A stretch of DNA of 64,000 nt from a bacterium (GTDB taxonomy: Bacteria > Bacteroidota > Bacteroidia > Bacteroidales > Paludibacteraceae), in assembly GCA_044433285.1 (NCBI GenBank), contig JAWXTU010000001.1:109-64108 (forward strand). Reading direction: 5' to 3'. The notes beneath the pieces were generated by a model. That model was not told the origin of the DNA and searched no databases. It saw nothing but the letters and a program-made list of their open reading frames with translations. Shown here one piece after another: positions 1 to 8,802 of the stretch; the first letter of the stretch is position 1; each line of letters starts with the position of its first letter. Made by a program: the position numbers and the translations under genes.

Positions 1-563
1 CTGTTTTCGATGTTGCGTATTGCAAATGTGGCTTCGTCTGGGATACTGTTTGAGTTTTTTATTATCTTGATAGATAATTCTTTAAGAGCCTCTACAAGTG
101 CAGTAAATTCTCTATCTTTCTCGTTTGGCACCTCCTCTTCGAGCAATTTAATGCGAGCAGTAAGAAACGGACTCTCCTCTATGATTTCTACAGCTGAGGC
201 ACGTCTTTTTCCTTGCAAAATCACTGTAGTTGAACCATCTGGCATTTCGAGTATACGCACAATACGGGCAACAGTTCCCATTGGGTATATATCCGATAGT
301 TTTGGATCTTCTACCTGTGCATTTATCTGAGTGCCAACTAACATCTCCCCCTCTTTTTGGTACACGTCTCGTATCAGGCGCAGACTCTTTTTGCGCCCTA
401 CGGAGATAGGCATCACTACACTCGGAAATAAAATCATATTGCGCAATGGCAATAGAGGAAGTATATCATCGTTTTGACACTCTACGCTAACATCATTTTC
501 ATCTGCTATTAGCGGAATAATGTCTGTTGTAGCTTCAATCTGTTCGTCTAAAAAATTATGCAT
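1..563 (-). CDS. lon: Lon protease, N-terminal part (gene runs off the left edge)
   Basis: Hand translation of the minus strand from the ATG at 563 gives MHNFLDEQIE...LPLLPLRNMILFPSVVMPISVGRKKSLRLI..., a LON N-terminal domain signature. The frame is open to position 1. It is absent from the ORF track because there is no stop in the window. Confidence 0.75.
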   Translation of the reverse strand, partial: MHNFLDEQIEATTDIIPLIADENDVSVECQNDDILPLLPLRNMILFPSVVMPISVGRKKSLRLIRDVYQKEGEMLVGTQINAQVEDPKLSDIYPMGTVARIVRILEMPDGSTTVILQGKRRASAVEIIEESPFLTARIKLLEEEVPNEKDREFTALVEALKELSIKIIKNSNSIPDEATFAIRNIEN

Positions 564-729
564 AATTATTTCTATTTTTGCTATGACAATTTGGCATATT
601 TGTCTCGGATTGTACTTTGGATTTATTAGCCGAGTGCCATAGTGGCATTGTTAATTGATATTTTGTTCCTAAAAAGAACTTATAACTTGTATATATAGTA
701 TAGTATCAATTCGTATGCCAAAAACTAAT

Positions 730-931
730 GGGGACTTCTAAAAACTGCTTTGCAGAGATTTTTGAAAGATTATTAGAACTATTTTGACTAGCATATTACG
801 AGTTTAGCGGGCTAAATGAGTGATATAAGAGGTAAAATAGGCTGATAAGGGTCAAAAATATTGCAAAAGAACTGTTTTGAGTCTCATATTATTAATTTAA
901 ATTTTTATTCGGGGAGTTTTTAGAAGTCCCC
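730..931 (+). repeat. Full-length copy A (202 bp) of an inverted-terminus, non-coding interspersed element (MITE-like)
   Basis: Starts GGGGACTTCTAAAAACT and ends AGTTTTTAGAAGTCCCC, which are reverse complements. About 89% identical by eye to 36731-36933. Longest ORF is 9 codons. Confidence 0.85.
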
Positions 932-954
932 GAATTATTCTTGTGAAAAATTCT

Positions 955-986
955 TTTGCAAAATTCATTTATTTTTTATACCTTTG
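955..986 (+). promoter_or_regulatory. Bacteroidota-type promoter for ileS (-33 TTTG, -7 TAccTTTG)
   Basis: TTTG at 955-958 and TACCTTTG at 979-986, spacing 20 nt. Confidence 0.55.
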
Positions 987-1057
987 CACCGCTATAAAAA
1001 TACTCAAAAAAATAGAGGGAAATTGATAAATTTCTCTTGTAAAAATACACTTTTTCT

Positions 1058-4000
1058 ATGAAAAAATTTAAAGAATATAAGCAGCTTAATCTGTCGGAAG
1101 TTAATAAACAGATGTTGAAGGAGTGGGACGATAAAGGTTTGTTTCACAAGAGTATAACTGAACGTGATGGTGCTCCGTCATTTGTTTTTTATGAAGGACC
1201 TCCTTCGGCTAATGGTATGCCTGGTATTCACCACGTGATGGCGCGTACGATTAAAGATACTTTTTGTAGATATAAAACGATGCAGGGCTTTCAGGTAAAA
1301 CGTAAGGCTGGTTGGGATACTCATGGTTTGCCTGTGGAACTGGGTGTTGAAAAGCGTCTTGGGATCACTAAAGAAGATATCGGTAAAAAAGTTACCGTTG
1401 ATGAATACAACACAGCTTGTCGTGAAGATGTGATGAAATATACTCGTGAGTGGGAGGATCTTACTCACAAAATGGGCTATTGGGTGGATATGAACGACCC
1501 TTATATCACTTACGATAATAAATATATCGAAACTCTTTGGTATCTGCTTAAACAGCTCTACGGTAAAGGGTTGTTGTATAAAGGTTATACAATTCAACCA
1601 TATTCTCCTGCCGCTGGTACAGGTCTCTCTACTCACGAACTTAACCAACCAGGTTGTTATCGTGATGTGAAAGATACTACTTGTGTGGCGCAATTTAAGG
1701 TGAAGGGCGTAATTGATGCTTTTTCTGCTCTGAAAGGTGATGTTTATATGTTGGCTTGGACAACTACTCCGTGGACTTTGCCATCGAATACTGCTCTTTG
1801 TGTTGGTCCTAAAATAGAATATCTTGCTGTTGAGAGTTTTAACCCTTACACTGGTATTCCTGCAACATATATCGTGGCAAAACCGCTTGTGAATTCAATC
1901 TTTAATCCTAAAGCTGCTGAGGTGGCGATGGAGGATTATCAAGCAGGCGACAAACTGGTGCCATTCCGTATTGTAGGCGAGTGTAAAGGTGCTGATATTG
2001 TTGGTGTGCAATACGAACAACTCATTCCTTGGGTAAACCCTGGTGAGGGTGCTTTTCGTGTAATTGCTGGCGATTTTGTTACTACTGAAGATGGTACTGG
2101 TATCGTGCATATCGCTCCTACTTTTGGTGCTGATGATGCTATGGTTGCTAAAAAAGCAGGTGTTCCAGCACTTACTCTTACAACTGCAAAAGGCGAAACT
2201 CGTCCGATGGTCGATATGACAGGTAAATTCTTCAACATAGAGGATATCGACGCTCAGTTTGTTGCCGATAATGTTTCTGTAGATGCATACTCTCAATTTG
2301 CAGGCAGATTTGTGAAAAATGCGTATGATGCAACGCTTACTGACAAAGATGAGACTCTTGATATCTCAATCTGTATGATGCTAAAACAACAAAATTTAGT
2401 ATTTAAAATTGAGAAACATACTCACAACTATCCACACTGCTGGCGCACGGATAAACCAGTTTTGTACTATCCACTTGATAGTTGGTTTATTCGCACCACT
2501 GCTTGTCGTGAGGAGATGATTGAATTAAACGAAACAATCAATTGGAAACCTAAATCAACTGGTTCTGGTCGTTTCGGTAAATGGCTAGAGAATTTGCAAG
2601 ATTGGAATCTTAGTCGTAGTCGCTATTGGGGTACTCCGCTCCCAATCTGGCGTACTGAAGATGGCTCAGAAGAGAAATGTATTGGTTCGATAGAGGAGTT
2701 GATTGCCGAGATAGAGAAATCTATTACAGCTGGTTTGATGACAGAAAATCCATACAAAAACTTCGTGGTGGGTGATATGAGTACGGCGAACTATGATCCT
2801 AAAAATATCGATTTGCACCGTCCGTATGTAGATGGTATTGTGCTAGTTAGTGATGATGGTAAACCGATGAAACGTGAACTTGACTTGATTGATGTGTGGT
2901 TTGATTCAGGTGCAATGCCTTACGCTCAAATCCACTATCCATTCGAGAATAAAGAAATTTTTGATAAAAAAGATGTATACCCTGCTGATTTTATTTCGGA
3001 GGGGGTAGATCAAACTCGTGGCTGGTTCTTTACGCTGCATGCTATTGGTACAATGGCGTTTAACTCTGTAGCATTTAAAAATGTTATCTCTAATGGTCTT
3101 GTGCTCGATAAAAAAGGTAATAAGATGTCGAAACGCCTTGGTAATGGGGTGGATCCATTCGAGTCAATCGAAAAATATGGTTCAGATCCATTGCGCTGGT
3201 ATATGATGACTAACGCATCGCCTTGGGATAACTTAAAATTTGATGAAGAGGGTATTGATGAGGTGCGTCGTAAATTTTTCGGTACTCTATATAACACATA
3301 TTCGTTCTTTGCTCTATATGCAAATGTAGATGGATTTGAGTATAAAGAGGCTGATATTCCGATGAATGAACGTCCTGAAATTGACAGATGGATTCTCTCA
3401 TTATTGAATACACTAGTAAAAGATGTAACAGAAAATTATGAAAATTATGAGCCAACTCGTGCTGGTCGTGCAATAAGCGATTTTGTAGGTGAAAACTTAT
3501 CTAACTGGTATGTACGTCTTAACCGCAAACGCTATTGGGGTGGTGATTACACACAAGATAAAATTTCGGCATATCAAACACTATATACTTGCTTGGCAAC
3601 GGTGGCAAAACTTATGGCTCCGATTGCACCATATTTCGCAGATCAACTCTATCTCGATTTGAATGCAGCAACAGGTAAAGAGTCGTTTGAATCTGTACAT
3701 TTAGCACAATTCCCAATATGCAACGATGCGGTAATTGATAGCAATTTAGAGGAGTGTATGCAGTTAGCGCAACAATCATCATCTATGATACTAGCACTTC
3801 GTCGTAAAGCTGAGAAAAAAGTGCGCCAACCACTTGGTCGTGCCGTAATTCCTGCGCCAGATGCCAAAACGCTTGAACAGTTGAGTTACATCTCATCACT
3901 TATCAAAACAGAGGTGAATATTAAAGAGCTAGAAGTGGTAACAGCCGAAGATTCTTCAATCTCTCTTGTAAAACGTATTAAACCTAATTTTAAAACTTTA

Positions 4001-4489
4001 GGTAAAAAATATGGCAAGCAGATGAAAGAGATTGCTGCTGTAATTGGTGGCTTTAATCAAGAGCAAATTGCAGAAATTGAAACTAATGCACAAATGACTC
4101 TCGCTTTGGAGTCGGGCGAGGTGGTAGTAGAACTTACTGATGTAGAGATTGCTACTGAGGATATGCCAGGTTGGTTAGTTGCCAACGAGGGTACACTCAC
4201 TATTGCACTTGATGTAACTGTTACTGAGGAACTTCGTCAAGAGGGTATCGCTCGTGAACTTGTAAATCGCATACAAAATATCCGTAAAAGCAACGGATAT
4301 GAAATTACAGATAAAATTACAGTCTCTATCGAACGCCTTGATGTTATTAATGATGCAGTGGGCAATTTCGCTGACTATATCGGCACTCAAACCCTTGCGA
4401 CAGGAGTACAATTGGTAGATTCTTTGTCTGATGCTACAGAACTTGATTTTGAAGAGTTTGTAGTGAAAATGGTGGTAGAGAAGAACTGA
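1058..4489 (+). CDS. ileS: Isoleucine--tRNA ligase (long, type-2 form)
   Basis: 1143 aa. HIGH-like PGIHHVMAR, KMSKRLGN (KMSKS), class I editing-domain architecture. Confidence 0.97.
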   Translation: MKKFKEYKQLNLSEVNKQMLKEWDDKGLFHKSITERDGAPSFVFYEGPPSANGMPGIHHVMARTIKDTFCRYKTMQGFQVKRKAGWDTHGLPVELGVEKRLGITKEDIGKKVTVDEYNTACREDVMKYTREWEDLTHKMGYWVDMNDPYITYDNKYIETLWYLLKQLYGKGLLYKGYTIQPYSPAAGTGLSTHELNQPGCYRDVKDTTCVAQFKVKGVIDAFSALKGDVYMLAWTTTPWTLPSNTALCVGPKIEYLAVESFNPYTGIPATYIVAKPLVNSIFNPKAAEVAMEDYQAGDKLVPFRIVGECKGADIVGVQYEQLIPWVNPGEGAFRVIAGDFVTTEDGTGIVHIAPTFGADDAMVAKKAGVPALTLTTAKGETRPMVDMTGKFFNIEDIDAQFVADNVSVDAYSQFAGRFVKNAYDATLTDKDETLDISICMMLKQQNLVFKIEKHTHNYPHCWRTDKPVLYYPLDSWFIRTTACREEMIELNETINWKPKSTGSGRFGKWLENLQDWNLSRSRYWGTPLPIWRTEDGSEEKCIGSIEELIAEIEKSITAGLMTENPYKNFVVGDMSTANYDPKNIDLHRPYVDGIVLVSDDGKPMKRELDLIDVWFDSGAMPYAQIHYPFENKEIFDKKDVYPADFISEGVDQTRGWFFTLHAIGTMAFNSVAFKNVISNGLVLDKKGNKMSKRLGNGVDPFESIEKYGSDPLRWYMMTNASPWDNLKFDEEGIDEVRRKFFGTLYNTYSFFALYANVDGFEYKEADIPMNERPEIDRWILSLLNTLVKDVTENYENYEPTRAGRAISDFVGENLSNWYVRLNRKRYWGGDYTQDKISAYQTLYTCLATVAKLMAPIAPYFADQLYLDLNAATGKESFESVHLAQFPICNDAVIDSNLEECMQLAQQSSSMILALRRKAEKKVRQPLGRAVIPAPDAKTLEQLSYISSLIKTEVNIKELEVVTAEDSSISLVKRIKPNFKTLGKKYGKQMKEIAAVIGGFNQEQIAEIETNAQMTLALESGEVVVELTDVEIATEDMPGWLVANEGTLTIALDVTVTEELRQEGIARELVNRIQNIRKSNGYEITDKITVSIERLDVINDAVGNFADYIGTQTLATGVQLVDSLSDATELDFEEFVVKMVVEKN

Positions 4490-4522
4490 TTGATGATTTA
4501 GAAAAATTTAATTTATGATATT

Positions 4523-5443
4523 GTGGTAGATACAAAAGATTATAAACCATTTGTAAAATGGGTGGGTGGCAAGACGCAACTAATAAAAACTATAGCAAAA
4601 TTTTTACCTAAGGATTTTGCTGAACTAGAGGATGTTACGTATGTAGAGCCTTTTGTTGGTGGTGGTGCTATGCTCTTTTGGATGTTGCATAATTATCAGA
4701 ATATATCTCGTGCTGTCATTAATGATATTAATCCAGTACTCACAAATGCATATAGTGTAGTAAAAGAAAAACCTCTCTTACTTATTGAATTTTTATTGCA
4801 GATTGAAGAGTTATATTTTAGTCTTGAAAATGAGGGTGAAAGAAAAAACTATTTTTTGTTGCAAAGAGAAAAATTTAATCATTATTCTTTAGATAGTGTG
4901 CAACAAGCAGGATTATTTATTTTTTTAAATAGAACGTGTTTTAACGGACTGTATCGTGTAAATAAAAGAGGTTTTTTTAATGTGCCATTTGGAAAATATA
5001 GTAAACCTAAAATTTGTGATACTCAGACAATCTTAGCGGATAGTGAGGCGCTGCAAAAGGTGGAGATTTTAACAGGAGATTTTTCTAAGACAATAGACTA
5101 TGCAACTAAAGAAACATTGTTTTATTTTGATCCACCTTACAAGCCAATCAGTAAAACATCAAGTTTTACTACATATACTAAAGAAGATTTTGATGATCTA
5201 GATCAATTGAGACTTGGTGAGTTTTGTAAAAACATTAGTGAATTAGGACATAGATTTCTATTGAGTAATTCTGACGTAAAGAATGTAAATCCTATTGATA
5301 ATTTTTTTGATGATTTATATAAAATGTTTGATATAGAGCGGGTAACTGCATCAAGAATGATAAATTCAAATGCCTCTAATAGAGGGAAAATTGCTGAGAT
5401 ATTAGTTTCAAATACACAAAAAAATATATACACATATGAGTGA
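4523..5443 (+). CDS. Dam-family N6-adenine DNA methyltransferase (DpnM / M.MboIA-like, GATC)
   Basis: KWVGGK (compare KWAGGK) near the N-terminus and a FDPPYKP catalytic motif. Apparent GTG start 33 nt after the ileS stop. Its 3' end overlaps the next ORF by 8 nt (ATGAGTGA). Confidence 0.9.
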   Translation: MVDTKDYKPFVKWVGGKTQLIKTIAKFLPKDFAELEDVTYVEPFVGGGAMLFWMLHNYQNISRAVINDINPVLTNAYSVVKEKPLLLIEFLLQIEELYFSLENEGERKNYFLLQREKFNHYSLDSVQQAGLFIFLNRTCFNGLYRVNKRGFFNVPFGKYSKPKICDTQTILADSEALQKVEILTGDFSKTIDYATKETLFYFDPPYKPISKTSSFTTYTKEDFDDLDQLRLGEFCKNISELGHRFLLSNSDVKNVNPIDNFFDDLYKMFDIERVTASRMINSNASNRGKIAEILVSNTQKNIYTYE

Positions 5444-6254
5444 GCGTTTTGAACAATTTATGGCGCAACTAATAGCAACCAATGTTACACTTGAATCTTT
5501 AACAGACTTTGAAAAGGTTACGCAAAATGTAAATAAAGTGAAGCTAAAGTTGCATCAATTGAATTATTTGCTTGGAAGAGAGGATTTAAATATTGCAATC
5601 CAAGATTTGTTTGATGAAAACCCTAATAGTTTTTCTGTATTTGGTTTATTAGTCGCAGTAAGAGAGAATGATAAAATGGTGCTTAATTCAGCCAATAATC
5701 CAGTCTGTATAAATACCTATTTCAATACAAGTGCTGATGTGTCTGAATGTTTAGAGGAAACAGGTTTAGAAGATATTTTTAAATCAAATAATATAACAAA
5801 TCTTGTGGATTATGTTTTTGGTATAGAAGTAGGTTTAGATACAAATGCTCGTAAAAATCGTGTTGGTATGGTGATGGAGAAATGTGTAGCTAAGGCTTTT
5901 ATTAATGCAGGAGTAGAATATAGAGAACAGGTTAGTAGTGAGGAATTTGTTGATATTAAAGAGAGTTTAGGCGAAGATAGAAAAAAATTTGATTTTGTTG
6001 TTAGTACAGCGGATAAAACATATTTGATAGAAACAAATTTTTATAATGGTCGTGGTTCTAAATTAAATGAAACCGCACGATCTTATACTGATATTGCTCC
6101 AAAAATAAATGAACATAGTGGATACGAATTTGTTTGGATAACAGATGGTCAAGGATGGTTTAGTGCAAAAAATAAATTAGAAGAAGCATTTAATACGATA
6201 CCAAGTGTGTATAACTTGTCAACGTTAGATGATTTTATAGAAAGAATTAAATGA
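5436..6254 (+). CDS. Type II restriction endonuclease, DpnII/MboI family (GATC)
   Basis: The C-terminal half (NLVDYVFGIEVGLDTNARKNR...FDFVV...YLIETNFYNGRGSKLNETARSY...VWITDGQGW) closely resembles my recollection of the DpnII endonuclease sequence. ATGA overlap with the next ORF. Confidence 0.9.
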   Translation: MSERFEQFMAQLIATNVTLESLTDFEKVTQNVNKVKLKLHQLNYLLGREDLNIAIQDLFDENPNSFSVFGLLVAVRENDKMVLNSANNPVCINTYFNTSADVSECLEETGLEDIFKSNNITNLVDYVFGIEVGLDTNARKNRVGMVMEKCVAKAFINAGVEYREQVSSEEFVDIKESLGEDRKKFDFVVSTADKTYLIETNFYNGRGSKLNETARSYTDIAPKINEHSGYEFVWITDGQGWFSAKNKLEEAFNTIPSVYNLSTLDDFIERIK

Positions 6255-7057
6255 TTTTGAAACCTTATTATAGATCTGAAAATAAAGACTTTACACTTTT
6301 ATTAGGAGACTCTATTGAACTGTTGAAAAATATTAATTTTAAGTTTGATATGATTTTTGCAGATCCTCCTTATTTTTTGTCGAACGGGGGGATTTCAGTG
6401 CAAAGTGGTAAGGTGGTGTGTGTAGATAAAGGTGATTGGGATAAATCAAGAGGTGCGGAAAATGATTATAATTTCAATTATAATTGGCTCAAAGAGTGTA
6501 GAGATAGTTTAGCTGATAATGGTACAATATGGATTAGTGGTACGTACCATAATATTTTTCAAGTGGCAGATATTCTTACAAAATTAGAGTTTAAGATATT
6601 AAATGTGGTAACTTGGGCAAAAACGAATCCACCACCCAATCTCTCATGTAAATATTTTACTCATTCAACAGAATTTATAATATGGGCAAGAAAATATAAA
6701 AAGGTATCGCATTATTATAATTATGAGTTGATGAAGAAGAATAATGGTGGCAAACAGATGAGAGATGTTTGGAATTTACCTGCTATAGTACCATGGGAGA
6801 AATCGTGTGGGAAACACCCAACTCAAAAACCATTGTCGCTGTTAGCTCGTATTATACAGGCTTCTACGCAAAAAGGTGATTGGATTTTAGACCCATTTAC
6901 TGGGAGTAGTACAACAGGTATTGCAGCTAGTTTATTAGAGCGGAAATTTTTAGGCATTGATATCAATGCTGAATTTCTTGATATGAGTTCTAATAGACGA
7001 AAAGAATTGAATATAATAGAAAATGTCAATAATTATAAGAGTAAACTAAATATATAA
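6251..7057 (+). CDS. Second DNA methyltransferase of the cassette (DpnA / M.MboIC-like, N4/N6 MTase family)
   Basis: FADPPYFLSNGG catalytic motif followed by C-terminal HPTQKPLSLLARII...DPFTGSSTTGIAA (SAM-binding). This is the beta-class motif order. Confidence 0.85.
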   Translation: MILKPYYRSENKDFTLLLGDSIELLKNINFKFDMIFADPPYFLSNGGISVQSGKVVCVDKGDWDKSRGAENDYNFNYNWLKECRDSLADNGTIWISGTYHNIFQVADILTKLEFKILNVVTWAKTNPPPNLSCKYFTHSTEFIIWARKYKKVSHYYNYELMKKNNGGKQMRDVWNLPAIVPWEKSCGKHPTQKPLSLLARIIQASTQKGDWILDPFTGSSTTGIAASLLERKFLGIDINAEFLDMSSNRRKELNIIENVNNYKSKLNI

Positions 7058-7089
7058 ACAGTTATTTATAAGTCTTTGTTCTATAACCT

Positions 7090-7977
7090 TTGAAAAACAT
7101 ACAAGTGAAAAATAGTATATTGAGAAAGCCGGAGTGGCTGAAAATTAAGCGCGAGAGTTGTGATGATTATGCTCTTGTGGCTCAGCTTGTGGAGGAGAAT
7201 GGGTTGCATACTATCTGTAGTAGCGGTAAGTGCCCAAATAAAAATGAGTGTTGGAATCGTGGTACAGCCACTTTTATGATACTAGGGAATATCTGCACTA
7301 GAGCATGCAAATTTTGTGCTACGGCAACTGGCAAACCTCTCCCTGTTGATGAAAATGAACCGCAAAAGGTGGCAAACTCTATTAAAATTATGAAGTTGAA
7401 ACACGCAGTTATTACCTCTGTAGATAGAGATGATTTACCTGATGGAGGGGCTGAGATATGGGCGAAAACAGTGTTGAATGTGCGTGAGAAATCACCTACA
7501 ACTACAGTGGAACTTCTGGTGCCAGATTTTGATGGTAAAACGGAGTTGTTGGATATTGTAATTGACTCTAAACCAGATATATTAGGACATAATATTGAGT
7601 GTGTGCGTAGGGTGACACCTGAGACTCGTAGTCGTGCAAAATATGATGTGTCGCTTGGTGTAATAAAATATATTGCAGAATCGGGTATTGTAGCCAAGAG
7701 CGGTATAATGCTCGGTGTGGGTGAGACTGATGAGGAGGTGATTGAAACACTATCTGACCTAAAAGCAGTGGGTTGTAGGATTGTAACAATTGGACAATAT
7801 TTGCAACCATCATCAAAACACCTACCTGTAAGTAGATATGTGCATCCAGATAAATTTGAGGAGTTAAAACAGATTGGTCTCGAAATGGGTTTTGATTATA
7901 TAGAATCTGGTCCACTTGTCCGTTCGTCGTATATGGCTGATAAAGCAATTAGTAGCTGCAAAAAAAGAGTGTTATGA
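7090..7977 (+). CDS. lipA: Lipoyl synthase
   Basis: Radical-SAM CTRACKFC motif plus the upstream Cys cluster CSSGKCPNKNEC; KPEWLKIK N-terminus. The start is TTG at 7090 (GTG at 7105 is an alternative). Confidence 0.95.
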   Translation: MKNIQVKNSILRKPEWLKIKRESCDDYALVAQLVEENGLHTICSSGKCPNKNECWNRGTATFMILGNICTRACKFCATATGKPLPVDENEPQKVANSIKIMKLKHAVITSVDRDDLPDGGAEIWAKTVLNVREKSPTTTVELLVPDFDGKTELLDIVIDSKPDILGHNIECVRRVTPETRSRAKYDVSLGVIKYIAESGIVAKSGIMLGVGETDEEVIETLSDLKAVGCRIVTIGQYLQPSSKHLPVSRYVHPDKFEELKQIGLEMGFDYIESGPLVRSSYMADKAISSCKKRVL

Positions 7978-8657
7978 GAGATATAATGGTTGAAGATTGT
8001 GGCGTGATTGAGTATGCCACTGCGTGGGAACTGCAAAAAAAATATTTTGAAGAGAGAATAGCCAAAGAAGATGTACCCAATAGGTTGCTGTTTTGTGAGC
8101 ATCCTCACGTTTACACTCTTGGTAAAAGCGGTGAAGAGGCTAATTTGTTGATAAGTGATGAGTTTTTAAAACAGATAAATGCCTCGTACTTTAAAATAGA
8201 TCGTGGCGGTGATATTACCTATCATGGTTATGGGCAACTTGTTGGTTACCCGATAATTAACATCTTAGATTATGGCATAGGTTTGCGCCAGTATATATAT
8301 AATGTTGAGGAGGCAATTATTAAAACAATTGCTCATTATGGTATTGTGGGTAAACGCATACAGAGTGCTACTGGTGTTTGGATTGGTGATGAGGGTATGG
8401 AACGCAAAATTTGTGCAATTGGTGTGAGAGCATCGCGCCAAGTTACTATGCACGGCTTTGCTCTTAATGTATCAACCGATCTCAAATATTTTAATTATAT
8501 CAACCCTTGTGGATTTACAACTCGAGGCGTTACCTCAATAGCGCAAGAGTTGGGATTAGATATAAATAGCTCTTCAGATGAAGCAAAAAAAATGATGAAC
8601 GAGGTAAAATTATTGTTTTTTGAAAATTTTAATGAGGTTTTTGAAAGAAAACTTTGA
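7974..8657 (+). CDS. lipB: Octanoyltransferase (lipoyl(octanoyl) transferase)
   Basis: 227 aa. EHPHVYTLG, DRGGDITYHGYGQLVGYP, KICAIGV motifs. ATGA overlap with the lipA stop. Confidence 0.93.
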   Translation: MRDIMVEDCGVIEYATAWELQKKYFEERIAKEDVPNRLLFCEHPHVYTLGKSGEEANLLISDEFLKQINASYFKIDRGGDITYHGYGQLVGYPIINILDYGIGLRQYIYNVEEAIIKTIAHYGIVGKRIQSATGVWIGDEGMERKICAIGVRASRQVTMHGFALNVSTDLKYFNYINPCGFTTRGVTSIAQELGLDINSSSDEAKKMMNEVKLLFFENFNEVFERKL

Positions 8658-8683
8658 TATTTTAAATAAAATTGATATCTTTG
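8653..8683 (+). promoter_or_regulatory. Promoter for malQ (-33 TTTG, -7 TAtcTTTG)
   Basis: TTTG at 8653-8656 and TATCTTTG at 8676-8683, spacing 19 nt. Confidence 0.55.
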
Positions 8684-8720
8684 CATCTGCTTAAGTGTGC
8701 AAAAAATAAATATATAATTC

Positions 8721-8785
8721 GAGGAGTTTTTTTAACTCTCCCTTAATTAATTTAATTTTTTAATCGGGAGTTTTTAGAAGTCCCC
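8721..8785 (+). repeat. Two tandem end modules of the element (degenerate 8721-8742; canonical 8766-8785)
   Basis: CTTAATTAATTTAATTTTTTAATCGGGAGTTTTTAGAAGTCCCC matches the right ~45 nt of copies A and B. It is preceded by GAGGAGTTTTTTTAACTCTCCC. Confidence 0.75.
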
Positions 8786-8802
8786 TTAAAAAAATAACGA
8801 GT

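Noticed and set aside
10-330. 106-aa plus-strand ORF at the left edge
   Set aside because: It lies entirely antisense to the Lon N-terminal coding region, which has a clear family signature. The composition is Ser/Ile-rich and typical of antisense frames.
725-940. Target-site duplication as proof that the ~200-bp element is a transposed MITE
   Set aside because: Copy B is flanked by TAAA on both sides, but copy A has CTAAT on the left and GAATT on the right, which is not a clean duplication. With two copies the evidence is insufficient, so mobility remains a hypothesis.
1178-4411. Multiple 60-170-aa ORFs inside ileS (for example 1178..1693, 1895..2296, 3010..3297, 4175..4411)
   Set aside because: All are antisense or alternative-frame ORFs nested in a 1143-aa gene with unambiguous IleRS motifs. 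They have no independent start context or recognisable domains.
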